Shown: one piece after another, positions 1-7,430 of the stretch
Position numbering within the stretch: the stretch's first letter is position 1
How the letters are laid out: the number at the start of each line of letters is the position of its first letter
Origin: an uncultured Gammaproteobacteria bacterium
GTDB taxonomy: Bacteria > Patescibacteriota > Patescibacteriia > 2-12-FULL-60-25
Length of the DNA stretch: 29,568 bases
Assembly: GCA_964545235.1 (NCBI GenBank)
Contig: CAZJEZ010000003.1
Location: 1 to 29,568, forward strand
Direction: 5' to 3'
The notes under the pieces: model-generated
Seen by the model: only the letters and a program-made list of their open reading frames with translations
Told to the model about the DNA's origin: nothing
Database searches by the model: none
Translations under genes and position numbers: made by a program

Positions 1-1
1 C

Positions 2-193
2 AAATCACCCCTGCCCATCGTGTTCATCACCGGTCACGGCGACGTGCCCATGGCGGTTGACACCATGAAAAAAGGTGCGATGGATTTCATCCAAAAGCCA
101 TTCAACGAAGCCGCGTTGGTCAGTTTGGTTGAACGCATGTTGACCCAAGCCAATGAATCGTTTGCTGAATACCATTCACACGTTGCTGAATAG
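2..193 (+). CDS. 5'-partial, 3'-truncated FixJ/TtrR-type response regulator receiver fragment (not in the ORF track; probably foreign or chimeric)
   Basis: Frame 2 translates as KSPLPIVFITGHGDVPMAVDTMKKGAMDFIQKPFNEAALVSLVERMLTQANESFAEYHSHVAE*. PIVFITGHGDVPMAV and DFIQKPF are FixJ-family receiver motifs. The LuxR HTH that normally follows is missing. Confidence 0.85.
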   Translation, partial: KSPLPIVFITGHGDVPMAVDTMKKGAMDFIQKPFNEAALVSLVERMLTQANESFAEYHSHVAE

Positions 194-965
194 ATTTGAG
201 CAGATCCTCTTTTGAGACGTCTGTGTCAGAACGCTTGGAAGCATCAATCAATACCTGTACCGCACGAACACCCGTATTGACCGCCGCCGATTCGGCTTCC
301 GCGACAAGCTGTCGCGTATCATCAGAGGCTGCCGTGGAACGAACCTCTTTCAGGGTACTGACGAGCGCGTTGCTCTTTTCATCAATATCACGCGCGAGCC
401 GAGCGAGACGCTGAGGAGACTGCTCAACGGAAGAAACCTCGTTGAGCTGACTCTTCATCGTATCAAGATCACGTTTCAGTAATTGTGTTGTTTTTTTAAG
501 TTGAGCCTGCTTGTCTTCGTCGGACGCATTCGAGGCGACAAGTTGTCGAAGCTCCTGCGTGCGACGATCGACGAATTCCGTTTTCAACTGAAGTCGATCG
601 GACGAGTTTGGGGTAAGGATGAGTCGCGTTTGTTCTGTCGCGAGTTTGATAGGGTACAACAGATCGCCAGGTCCCGCGTGTTCCGCGGATGAAACCCCCG
701 CGAGCGAACCGCCACCAACAATAGCAATCATGGAAAAGGCGGCGAGCACTGGACGCTGAATCGCCTGCCACGTCGTAGACGGAATAAAAGACGCGAAAAA
801 ACCCGAAACACGTCGAGCCTGGGCAACCTTTTCTTTTGGCATCGAGTTACGCACCTGCATCATCAGCTGTCCACGCGTACGAGAAACCCACGCCTGATCA
901 GGCGTGATTCCGCGTTCGGCGGCGCGAACATGTTTGATGCGTGAGAGTAAATCGCGTGCAGACAT
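120..965 (-). CDS. DUF5667-type single-pass membrane protein, putative anti-sigma partner; C-terminus probably truncated at the junction near 150-175
   Basis: Hydrophobic helix VLAAFSMIAIVGGGSLAGV, then SAEHAGPGDLLYPIKLATE (PGDxLYPxKxxxE signature) and a helical/coiled region. Starts 4 nt after the ECF sigma gene stop. Confidence 0.75.
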   Translation of the reverse strand: MSARDLLSRIKHVRAAERGITPDQAWVSRTRGQLMMQVRNSMPKEKVAQARRVSGFFASFIPSTTWQAIQRPVLAAFSMIAIVGGGSLAGVSSAEHAGPGDLLYPIKLATEQTRLILTPNSSDRLQLKTEFVDRRTQELRQLVASNASDEDKQAQLKKTTQLLKRDLDTMKSQLNEVSSVEQSPQRLARLARDIDEKSNALVSTLKEVRSTAASDDTRQLVAEAESAAVNTGVRAVQVLIDASKRSDTDVSKEDLLKSIQQRVNGIQQTIHWLGSTCVQPN

Positions 966-969
966 ACGT

Positions 970-1527
970 TTAGACTCGATCCAGCGCTTTAACGGCGCGA
1001 TGGAAAATCACTCGAACATTTCCTTCACTTTTCTCAAGAATCCTGGCGATGTCTCCAAAGCTTAATCCATCTACAAGACGGAGCAGGAGTACATCCTGAT
1101 AATCCTCTTTCAACTGCGAAACATGTTCCAACACGAGAGCTAAATCGGCCCGTGCTTCAATCAAGCGACGACCAGATCCAGCATCAGAAAGATCGGTTTG
1201 TACGAGAGTAGACGCAAAATCAGGCTCATTCGTTACAGTGGAGACCGTTTGAGGGTCCTGACGACGATAGTGATCGGCAACAAGATTGCGAGCAATGCGA
1301 TATAAAAGTGCCCGAATATGGGTTATCTCAGCGGAAGATTGGATGAACTGCCATGCCCGAAGAAACGTTTCTGACGTAACATCCTCTGCTACCTCTTTTG
1401 AGGGTACTTTTAAATAAACGAATCGATAAATAGACGTAACGTATCGATCGTAGATACGCCCAAAGGCATCCGGATCACGATCCGAACGAATACGAAACAA
1501 AAGATACTGATCGACAAAGCGATTCAT
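970..1527 (-). CDS. ECF-family (sigma-70) RNA polymerase sigma factor
   Basis: Region 2: DPDAFGRIYDRYVTSIYRFVY, AEDVTSETFLRAW, LYRIARNLVADHYR. Region 4: YQDVLLLRLVDGLSFGDIARILEKSEGNVRVIFHRA. The start at MNRF (1527) is my choice over 1548. Confidence 0.93.
   Translation of the reverse strand: MNRFVDQYLLFRIRSDRDPDAFGRIYDRYVTSIYRFVYLKVPSKEVAEDVTSETFLRAWQFIQSSAEITHIRALLYRIARNLVADHYRRQDPQTVSTVTNEPDFASTLVQTDLSDAGSGRRLIEARADLALVLEHVSQLKEDYQDVLLLRLVDGLSFGDIARILEKSEGNVRVIFHRAVKALDRV
1209..1237 (-). promoter_or_regulatory. Putative ECF-type promoter TGTAAC-N17-CGTCTA inside the sigma gene, pointing toward the DUF5667-type gene
   Basis: Minus strand reads TGTAAC gaatgagcctgattttg CGTCTA, matching the AAC...CGT architecture of SigX/SigM/SigW-type ECF promoters. 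Confidence 0.4.
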
Positions 1528-1604
1528 GCAAAACAGTGTAGACGGCATCCTATACGATTCGACCTAAAAAAGCAAGGGGGTGAGTCGTTATTTTTGGCTA
1601 AGAT

Positions 1605-1633
1605 AAACAAAAAGATCGGCATAAAATCCGATC
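1605..1633 (-). terminator. Intrinsic terminator after the glycosyltransferase gene
   Basis: Minus strand: GATCGG-attttatg-CCGATC followed by TTTTTGTTT. Confidence 0.65.
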
Positions 1634-1656
1634 AATTTGTGTACCATATTCAATGA

Positions 1657-2850
1657 TTACGAGAGGCGCGCGGAAGCGGAATAGGCCATACGTACATGCG
1701 CTGTGACACTCGACTGATAGAGCGCATCCACATCATAAATACGGTCTTCTGGGGCAAATTGCTGCTCAATACGAGTGCGAGCGGCCTGCGTGAGCTGGGC
1801 ACGATCTTCCTTGGACATGGATACAGCGATACAGAGCGCTCGCGTCAATGACTCAACCGAACCTGATTCAACGGGGAGGAATCCTGTTCCAAGAGCCTCG
1901 GCATGCTGTGGCAAGTTCGTTGCAATACAGATCTGACCGGATGCACCAGCCTCGAGTAACGAGAATGGCATCCCTTCGCTCCCCGATGGAAATACATGGG
2001 CGAATGCATGTGCCTGGAACGCACGTACTTCGTCACCGACACGTTCACCGAGCAGATAGACATGTTTTGTATTACGTACCTTTGCACGTAACATGCGGGC
2101 GTAGTCATCCGTCCATGACGTGTCACCGATAATAACAAGGGGCATTGAAGAGAATGCTTGCGGCAATCGCACACAAGCTTCCGCATAGGCATCAACAAGC
2201 ACATGTGCCTGCTTATCAGGGATCAAGCGCGCCACCATGAGCAGGTACGAACCTGGTTGGAATCCAGCAGCAAGCACAGGATCGGGCGAATAGGTCGGCA
2301 TGACGCTCGAAAACGGATGCGTGATAAACGACGTCTGACGACCGTAGGTTTCCGCATAATATGAAGCGAGTACTTGGGAAACTGTAATCACTTCGTGCGC
2401 AAACCAACACGCAAATCGTTCACCAAATTGAAACGCGAGACGAGCAATCGTTCCCCATTTCGTGAGCACAGAGTCGACACAGTGTAGCGTCACAAAGATA
2501 CGAGCACGTGGATGAAGAAGGCGTGCAAACGGCGTAAGTAGAGCGATACCGGAACCGTGAAGATGGATGACATCTGGATGAACCGTTCGCGCATGCATAA
2601 GAGCCGTAAAGCCGTGCGTGATCGCATCCAAGTGCTTTGTTCGAATACCCGATGTAAAGACTTGATGAATGCGCGGCTCAAGAGACGTTCCGGATGTATA
2701 CCAAGCACGCGCGTACACGGTAATTGTATGGCCGAGTTGAGCAAGACCGCTCGCCAACAACCCGACGTGACGTTCAATACCACCCGATCGAGCCGGGAGG
2801 CCTTTTTGTCCGATCATGACGATCGAAAGCGGAGTCGCAGAGCGCAGCAT
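1657..2850 (-). CDS. Glycosyltransferase family 4 (GT-B fold)
   Basis: SIVMIGQKGLPARSGGIERHV N-terminus and the FPSGSEGMPFSLLEAGASG (Ex7E) motif. The start at MLRS (2850) is chosen because the ATG at 2862 overlaps the -10 box. Confidence 0.93.
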   Translation of the reverse strand: MLRSATPLSIVMIGQKGLPARSGGIERHVGLLASGLAQLGHTITVYARAWYTSGTSLEPRIHQVFTSGIRTKHLDAITHGFTALMHARTVHPDVIHLHGSGIALLTPFARLLHPRARIFVTLHCVDSVLTKWGTIARLAFQFGERFACWFAHEVITVSQVLASYYAETYGRQTSFITHPFSSVMPTYSPDPVLAAGFQPGSYLLMVARLIPDKQAHVLVDAYAEACVRLPQAFSSMPLVIIGDTSWTDDYARMLRAKVRNTKHVYLLGERVGDEVRAFQAHAFAHVFPSGSEGMPFSLLEAGASGQICIATNLPQHAEALGTGFLPVESGSVESLTRALCIAVSMSKEDRAQLTQAARTRIEQQFAPEDRIYDVDALYQSSVTAHVRMAYSASARLS

Positions 2851-2861
2851 AATGACCCGCA

Positions 2862-2890
2862 TTTATACCATAAAAACGGCAAAATGTCAA
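2862..2890 (-). promoter_or_regulatory. Sigma-70 promoter of the GT4 gene: TTGACA-N17-TATAAA with extended -10 TG
   Basis: Minus strand: TTGACA ttttgccgtttttatgg TATAAA. The yraN stop codon TGA lies inside the -35 box. Confidence 0.75.
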
Positions 2891-3252
2891 GGTAGATCGA
2901 CCGCTTCAATGAACGTGAACAGCGGCTCCCCTGCTGGCTGTAATTGAATGGAAACAACATCGAGTTGAAAGGTGGAAAAAGGCCTGTTTTTGGCCAAAAA
3001 CCAGGCCTCACCGACTCTGGCAATCACACGGAGCTTTGCGGGGGTAACCGCTTCTTCCGGATAGCCGTAGGTGGATGTTCGACGCGTCTTCACCTCTACA
3101 AAATGAATATGCCCGCTCCGCTCAGCGATAATATCAATTTCGCCCAAGCGAATACGCCAATTACGATCCAGAATACGAAACCCTCGCGATTGCAAAAAAG
3201 CCACCGCAAGATCTTCTCCGTGGTGGCCAATCTGTGACCGAAGATGAGGCAT
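2887..3252 (-). CDS. yraN: YraN family (UPF0102) putative endonuclease
   Basis: GHHGEDLAVAFLQSRGFRILDRNWRIRLGEIDIIA, FVEVKTR, PEEAVTPAKL, FQLDVVSI. Confidence 0.92.
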   Translation of the reverse strand: MPHLRSQIGHHGEDLAVAFLQSRGFRILDRNWRIRLGEIDIIAERSGHIHFVEVKTRRTSTYGYPEEAVTPAKLRVIARVGEAWFLAKNRPFSTFQLDVVSIQLQPAGEPLFTFIEAVDLP

Positions 3253-3254
3253 GA

Positions 3255-3677
3255 TTAGCGTTTTGGTTTTGGTAACCACTTTTCGTAGGAAGCGCGTTCA
3301 ACGGCTCCCGCGCGGCGCGCCGGAAGTTCTTGTAAGGCAAATCGCCCAATCGTGTAAGCCCACCAAGCAAAAGAAAAGAACCAAATCACAAACCAAAAAC
3401 GCATGCTGAACAACGGAACATACATCCAGGTAAAGGCGTAGAGCATGAATCCGACAATACCAGCCCACAAAGCACACGAAGCAGCGCGGCGCACAACCTG
3501 ACGATCATCCTTATCTTTCAAACGATGAGATGCAGCAAACCCGTATCCGAATAATCCGATACCCACCAACACAAGCATGACCACAAGAACAAGCGTGCTT
3601 GCCCAGGGCTCAAACGGCTGCGGCATCAAATGAAACCAGTACGAGAAACGAAATAGAGGGGCAATAAATCCAATCAT
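3255..3677 (-). CDS. Hypothetical membrane protein with about 3 TM helices
   Basis: Hydrophobic segments and a basic C-terminus (YEKWLPKPKR). It tiles tightly against yraN. TGGACT-N17-TATCCT lies 8 nt before the chosen ATG. Confidence 0.75.
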   Translation of the reverse strand: MIGFIAPLFRFSYWFHLMPQPFEPWASTLVLVVMLVLVGIGLFGYGFAASHRLKDKDDRQVVRRAASCALWAGIVGFMLYAFTWMYVPLFSMRFWFVIWFFSFAWWAYTIGRFALQELPARRAGAVERASYEKWLPKPKR

Positions 3678-3721
3678 ATGGCCGTAGGATAAAAAATGAG
3701 CGCAAAAAAGTCCACTCGCCA

Positions 3722-4270
3722 TTACTGTTTTTCTGCAACGAGGGCGTAATGGTACTCCCCCGCATCAAATCGGCCCTTATAGCGCACTTCCTCGCGTTTC
3801 AGGTACGCACGGGCGTCGTGCTCAGGAAGACGGTGCTCGAGATCTGGACCAATGGGCGTTTTTTCTTTTTTCCACTCGATAAGCAGGAGCCGTCCACCCG
3901 GTTTCAATAACCGAAGCGCTTCCGTAATCATATGTTCACGTGACTTCGACAAGAAGAGGTTGTTCGCAATGATTGCCAGATCGAGAGACGCTTCCGGAAT
4001 ACGTGTCGCGCCAACCACTTCCACATCTGACCACACGGGGTACACATTAAAAAACTGCTCTTGCCGTTGTATGCGCTCAATGGATCGTAAAGCCTCTTTC
4101 AGCACATCAACGGCGTAGACTTTTCCTTCGTGGCCAACGAGCTGCGCCGCAGGGAATACAAAATGACCCAGCGCCCCACATCCCAAATCAGCAACATGAA
4201 ACCCATGCGCTACACCACACGCCTCCAAAACCTTGAAGGGATTAATGAGCTCATTACCGCTCACGTGCAT
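3722..4270 (-). CDS. Class I SAM-dependent methyltransferase
   Basis: VADLGCGALGHF motif I, GKVYAVDV, RLLKPGGRLLLIEW. The start at MHVSG lies directly after the upstream stop. Confidence 0.88.
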   Translation of the reverse strand: MHVSGNELINPFKVLEACGVAHGFHVADLGCGALGHFVFPAAQLVGHEGKVYAVDVLKEALRSIERIQRQEQFFNVYPVWSDVEVVGATRIPEASLDLAIIANNLFLSKSREHMITEALRLLKPGGRLLLIEWKKEKTPIGPDLEHRLPEHDARAYLKREEVRYKGRFDAGEYHYALVAEKQ

Positions 4271-4271
4271 A

Positions 4272-4553
4272 TTATTCTTCCTGACGAACCGTCGCGCCTG
4301 GATTGCTTGGAACAATAGATCCGATCGTTGCTTCCAAAAACGCATTCCACATATTCGTTGCAACAATAAATCCAATCAAAATCACTACGATACCGATAAG
4401 CTTATAGGTTAAACGCGATCCTCCCCCACCAAGATGCTGATCCGCCCAATCGATACTTCCAAAAAACCCGAGCACATCCTCCGTCTTCCAGACAAAAAAG
4501 AATCCGACGCCCGCAAGTACAAGACCGATAAGAATACGAATGATCCAGTCCAT
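4272..4553 (-). CDS. Small hypothetical membrane protein (2 TM)
   Basis: Two hydrophobic helices flank GSIDWADQHLGGGGSRLTYKLIG. TG-a-TATACT lies 8 nt upstream of the ATG. Confidence 0.75.
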   Translation of the reverse strand: MDWIIRILIGLVLAGVGFFFVWKTEDVLGFFGSIDWADQHLGGGGSRLTYKLIGIVVILIGFIVATNMWNAFLEATIGSIVPSNPGATVRQEE

Positions 4554-4589
4554 ATACAATGAGTATATCACATGGCATCATGCGTGCGT

Positions 4590-5348
4590 ATGCCAAAGAC
4601 TTCATGGGACGCCGTATCCGATTGGTACAGCGACTATCTTTCACGACCGGGAACAGTACAGAGTGACATTGTATTTCCCGGAGCGTATGAGTTACTCCAC
4701 CCTATTCCGCACGGTCGATATCTGGATCTTGCGTGTGGACAAGGCGCGTTTCTCCACATGGCGGCACGACGTATGCAACGGGCAAAATTTGTTGGCATAG
4801 ATGCCTCACCGTCACTGATCGCAAAAGCGCGCATGCGTGCTCCCACAAATATCAGTTTCACAATTGGCGATGCGACGAAGCATCAAGACACGCTTGAATC
4901 CGGATCGTTCGACGGAGGCACCTGTTTACTCGCCCTCCAAAACATCAATCCCCTTGAACCAGCGATTGCTCATATGGCACGGGTGTTAAAACCCGGCGCA
5001 CTCTGGGTGATCGCTCTCAACCACCCTTGCTTCCGACAGCCTAGACAAAGCGGCTGGGGATTTGACGAAGGACGCAAGCTCCAATACCGCCGAGTCGACG
5101 CGTATCTATCTTCCTACGAGATGCCAATCATCGCTCATCCCGGAGCCGCACCACATGTCAAAACATATTCGTACCATCGGCCGCTCTCTGTATACGTAGC
5201 CCTTCTTGCAAAACACGGATTTGTTGTAGACACAATGGAAGAGTGGGTCTCGAATAAGACGAGTGACTCGGGCCCCCGTGCACGAGCAGAAAATCGAGCC
5301 CGCAACGAAATCCCATTGTTTATGGCGATTCGTGCCCGCAAACTATGA
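4590..5348 (+). CDS. Class I SAM-dependent methyltransferase
   Basis: YLDLACGQG motif I, VGIDAS, RVLKPG, NHPCFR, YHRPLS. Start chosen at MPKTSWD. Confidence 0.88.
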   Translation: MPKTSWDAVSDWYSDYLSRPGTVQSDIVFPGAYELLHPIPHGRYLDLACGQGAFLHMAARRMQRAKFVGIDASPSLIAKARMRAPTNISFTIGDATKHQDTLESGSFDGGTCLLALQNINPLEPAIAHMARVLKPGALWVIALNHPCFRQPRQSGWGFDEGRKLQYRRVDAYLSSYEMPIIAHPGAAPHVKTYSYHRPLSVYVALLAKHGFVVDTMEEWVSNKTSDSGPRARAENRARNEIPLFMAIRARKL

Positions 5349-5878
5349 CGCACCCGATTCTTGGACTCGTTGGACCATCGGGCGCCGGGAAAACAGCCCT
5401 GATCTTGGCAATGCGAGAACGATTTCCAAAACAGACAAGCATCTTACAATCGCTCACCACGCGCGCGTGTCGCGATGACCAAGATGCTCTTTTTTACGAA
5501 TTTGTTAGCGTTGATGAAGTACACACCCGCGAACGTGAAGGCCGGCTTGTCCAGGTGTCTGAATACGCGGGGAATCTGTACGCGCATGATCGTATGCATC
5601 TTGAACGGGCAACGAGCGCAGGCGTCGCTCTATGCGCCATTGTCGAGCATGGAGTCCTCGCTCTACGTGAAGCTGGGTACGATATTCGTACCGTACAGCT
5701 TATTCCTGCGCACGCCACACATCTAATTCGAGATGAACCGGCGCGGATACAGGCAGACGCAGCTCGCGCGACTCTGATCACGCATCATGATTTTACCCTC
5801 ACAAATGATTTTCGCGAGGGCGGCTGGAAAACAAGCGTAGAACACATGGCCGAGATCGTGGAATCCTTGATACACTAG
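5345..5878 (+). CDS. Guanylate kinase-like P-loop kinase (atypical)
   Basis: GPSGAGKT P-loop, TTR, YEFVS and EYAGNLY resemble Gmk motifs. ATGA overlap with the upstream gene. Confidence 0.7.
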   Translation: MTHPILGLVGPSGAGKTALILAMRERFPKQTSILQSLTTRACRDDQDALFYEFVSVDEVHTREREGRLVQVSEYAGNLYAHDRMHLERATSAGVALCAIVEHGVLALREAGYDIRTVQLIPAHATHLIRDEPARIQADAARATLITHHDFTLTNDFREGGWKTSVEHMAEIVESLIH

Positions 5879-5882
5879 ATAC

Positions 5883-7283
5883 ATGCCTCCTTCACAAACC
5901 ACCGATCAACAACGCGCCGAAGCGGAGTTGGTTCAAGCTATACGTTTACAGAATCCGGCTCGCGTCGAACGAGCCGCGCTCCCCGATCCAGACGCAATCA
6001 ATCAATCGATCGGTATTCGTGCGCTTCCACAGAATCGCGCGCAGGGATACCTTCGTTTTTTTCCACAAGACTTTATCGTGGAAGAAGTATCGCTGGATGG
6101 AACATGTGTATCCGTGAATACTGAACCTGTATTTGCGGACGGAGAAGACCAACGCACGCTCTGGGCACATCTTGTGAAGACACAACTCTCTGGCCCACAT
6201 GCCATAAAAGATTTGGCACACGAGTTAGGCGTGGATGAAACCGCTATTGGATATGCAGGCATTAAAGATGCGGTGGCAATTACCGCGCAGGAAGTGAGTT
6301 TACGAGGCGTGTCTCTAGAACAGATCTCAAGCCTTCAGAATCATCGCATATGGGTACGTCCCGTACGGTATGGAAACGGCGCCCTACAAGCCGGTCAGCT
6401 CCGTGGCAATCGCTTTACGATAACGGTACGCACAGAACCGGGCGCGCCAGACCCATCTCCCCTCTTACAAGAAACAACGACGCGTGGATTCATGAATTAC
6501 TTTGGTCCACAGCGTTTTGGCATGCGTGGCATCGCCCATCATTTTGGGAAACTCTTGTTACAAGGCGATATCGACGGGGCGATTAAAGCCATTATCTGCG
6601 AGTCGGGTCCCAATGATCTTCCGCTCTATCGCGATCTCCGCGCGGCACTTGCAAGCGTGTATGGCGATTGGGATTCGATGATGGAGGTCGCTGAACATTT
6701 TCCGTTCACCTTACGCGATGAATTACAGCTCATTCAGTCGCTCGCTGAAGATTCTCGAAAAACGATTCGAGCCCTCTCTTTGATTAAAGATCAGGTGAAG
6801 ATGTATGTGAGTGCGTATAGCTCATGGCTCATGAATAACGCCATGTCACGCTACAGTGCCACACAACAAGCACCAGACGAGATTCCTCTCCCCTTCACAA
6901 CCACAGGAGCTCCAGCTATCTACGCTGATATGATGAAAGAAGAAGGGACACTGGGGTACGCACAAGCGATGAAATCATTCTCATTCTTACAGCTGAACGA
7001 TAAAACGATTCCTGCACGCATGAAAGCGACGAGTATGCGCGTGCAACAAACGGATGTTGGATACGTGGTGCGTTTTGAGCTTGGAAAGGGAGCCTATGCG
7101 ACAACATGCTTATCTCAAGCCTTCAAGCTCTACGAAGGAAATCCCGTACCAACATGGGTGCGACGTGACGATATCGATGCCCTCGCATTACTTGGCGATG
7201 GAAATCTCAATGCGCTGCGTGCGCGATTTGGCAACGAGCTAAAAGCCAGAGACGAACAGCGCGCGGAATCCGAAAACGAATAA
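5883..7283 (+). CDS. truD: tRNA pseudouridine(13) synthase TruD
   Basis: PQDFIVEE, YAGIKDAVAITAQ (catalytic Asp), LRGNRFTITVR, NYFGPQRFG, FELGKGAYAT. Confidence 0.92.
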   Translation: MPPSQTTDQQRAEAELVQAIRLQNPARVERAALPDPDAINQSIGIRALPQNRAQGYLRFFPQDFIVEEVSLDGTCVSVNTEPVFADGEDQRTLWAHLVKTQLSGPHAIKDLAHELGVDETAIGYAGIKDAVAITAQEVSLRGVSLEQISSLQNHRIWVRPVRYGNGALQAGQLRGNRFTITVRTEPGAPDPSPLLQETTTRGFMNYFGPQRFGMRGIAHHFGKLLLQGDIDGAIKAIICESGPNDLPLYRDLRAALASVYGDWDSMMEVAEHFPFTLRDELQLIQSLAEDSRKTIRALSLIKDQVKMYVSAYSSWLMNNAMSRYSATQQAPDEIPLPFTTTGAPAIYADMMKEEGTLGYAQAMKSFSFLQLNDKTIPARMKATSMRVQQTDVGYVVRFELGKGAYATTCLSQAFKLYEGNPVPTWVRRDDIDALALLGDGNLNALRARFGNELKARDEQRAESENE

Positions 7284-7317
7284 ACACACATCAATACAAG
7301 ACCGGCGCGAATACAAC

Positions 7318-7348
7318 TATAAAACCCCGAACGAGTCGGGGGTTTATA
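7318..7348. terminator. Bidirectional intrinsic terminator between truD and the high-GC orphan gene
   Basis: TATAAAACCCCGA-acgag-TCGGGGGTTTATA: a 13-bp inverted repeat with one mismatch, lying between convergent genes. Confidence 0.8.
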
Positions 7349-7430
7349 GATCGTCGCGATGTGTCAGCATCGCGGCGAAGGAGGCAGGAGTCAGGCTCTC
7401 TGACACGAGCGGGCGCTGGCGAGGCGCGGA

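Noticed and set aside
2088-3071. Plus-strand GTAAC-N17-CGT matches at about 2088-2115 and 3044-3071
   Set aside because: They are antisense inside genes, lack the CGT(C/A)TA extension, and are about as frequent as chance predicts. I kept them only as a caveat on the ECF promoter finding.
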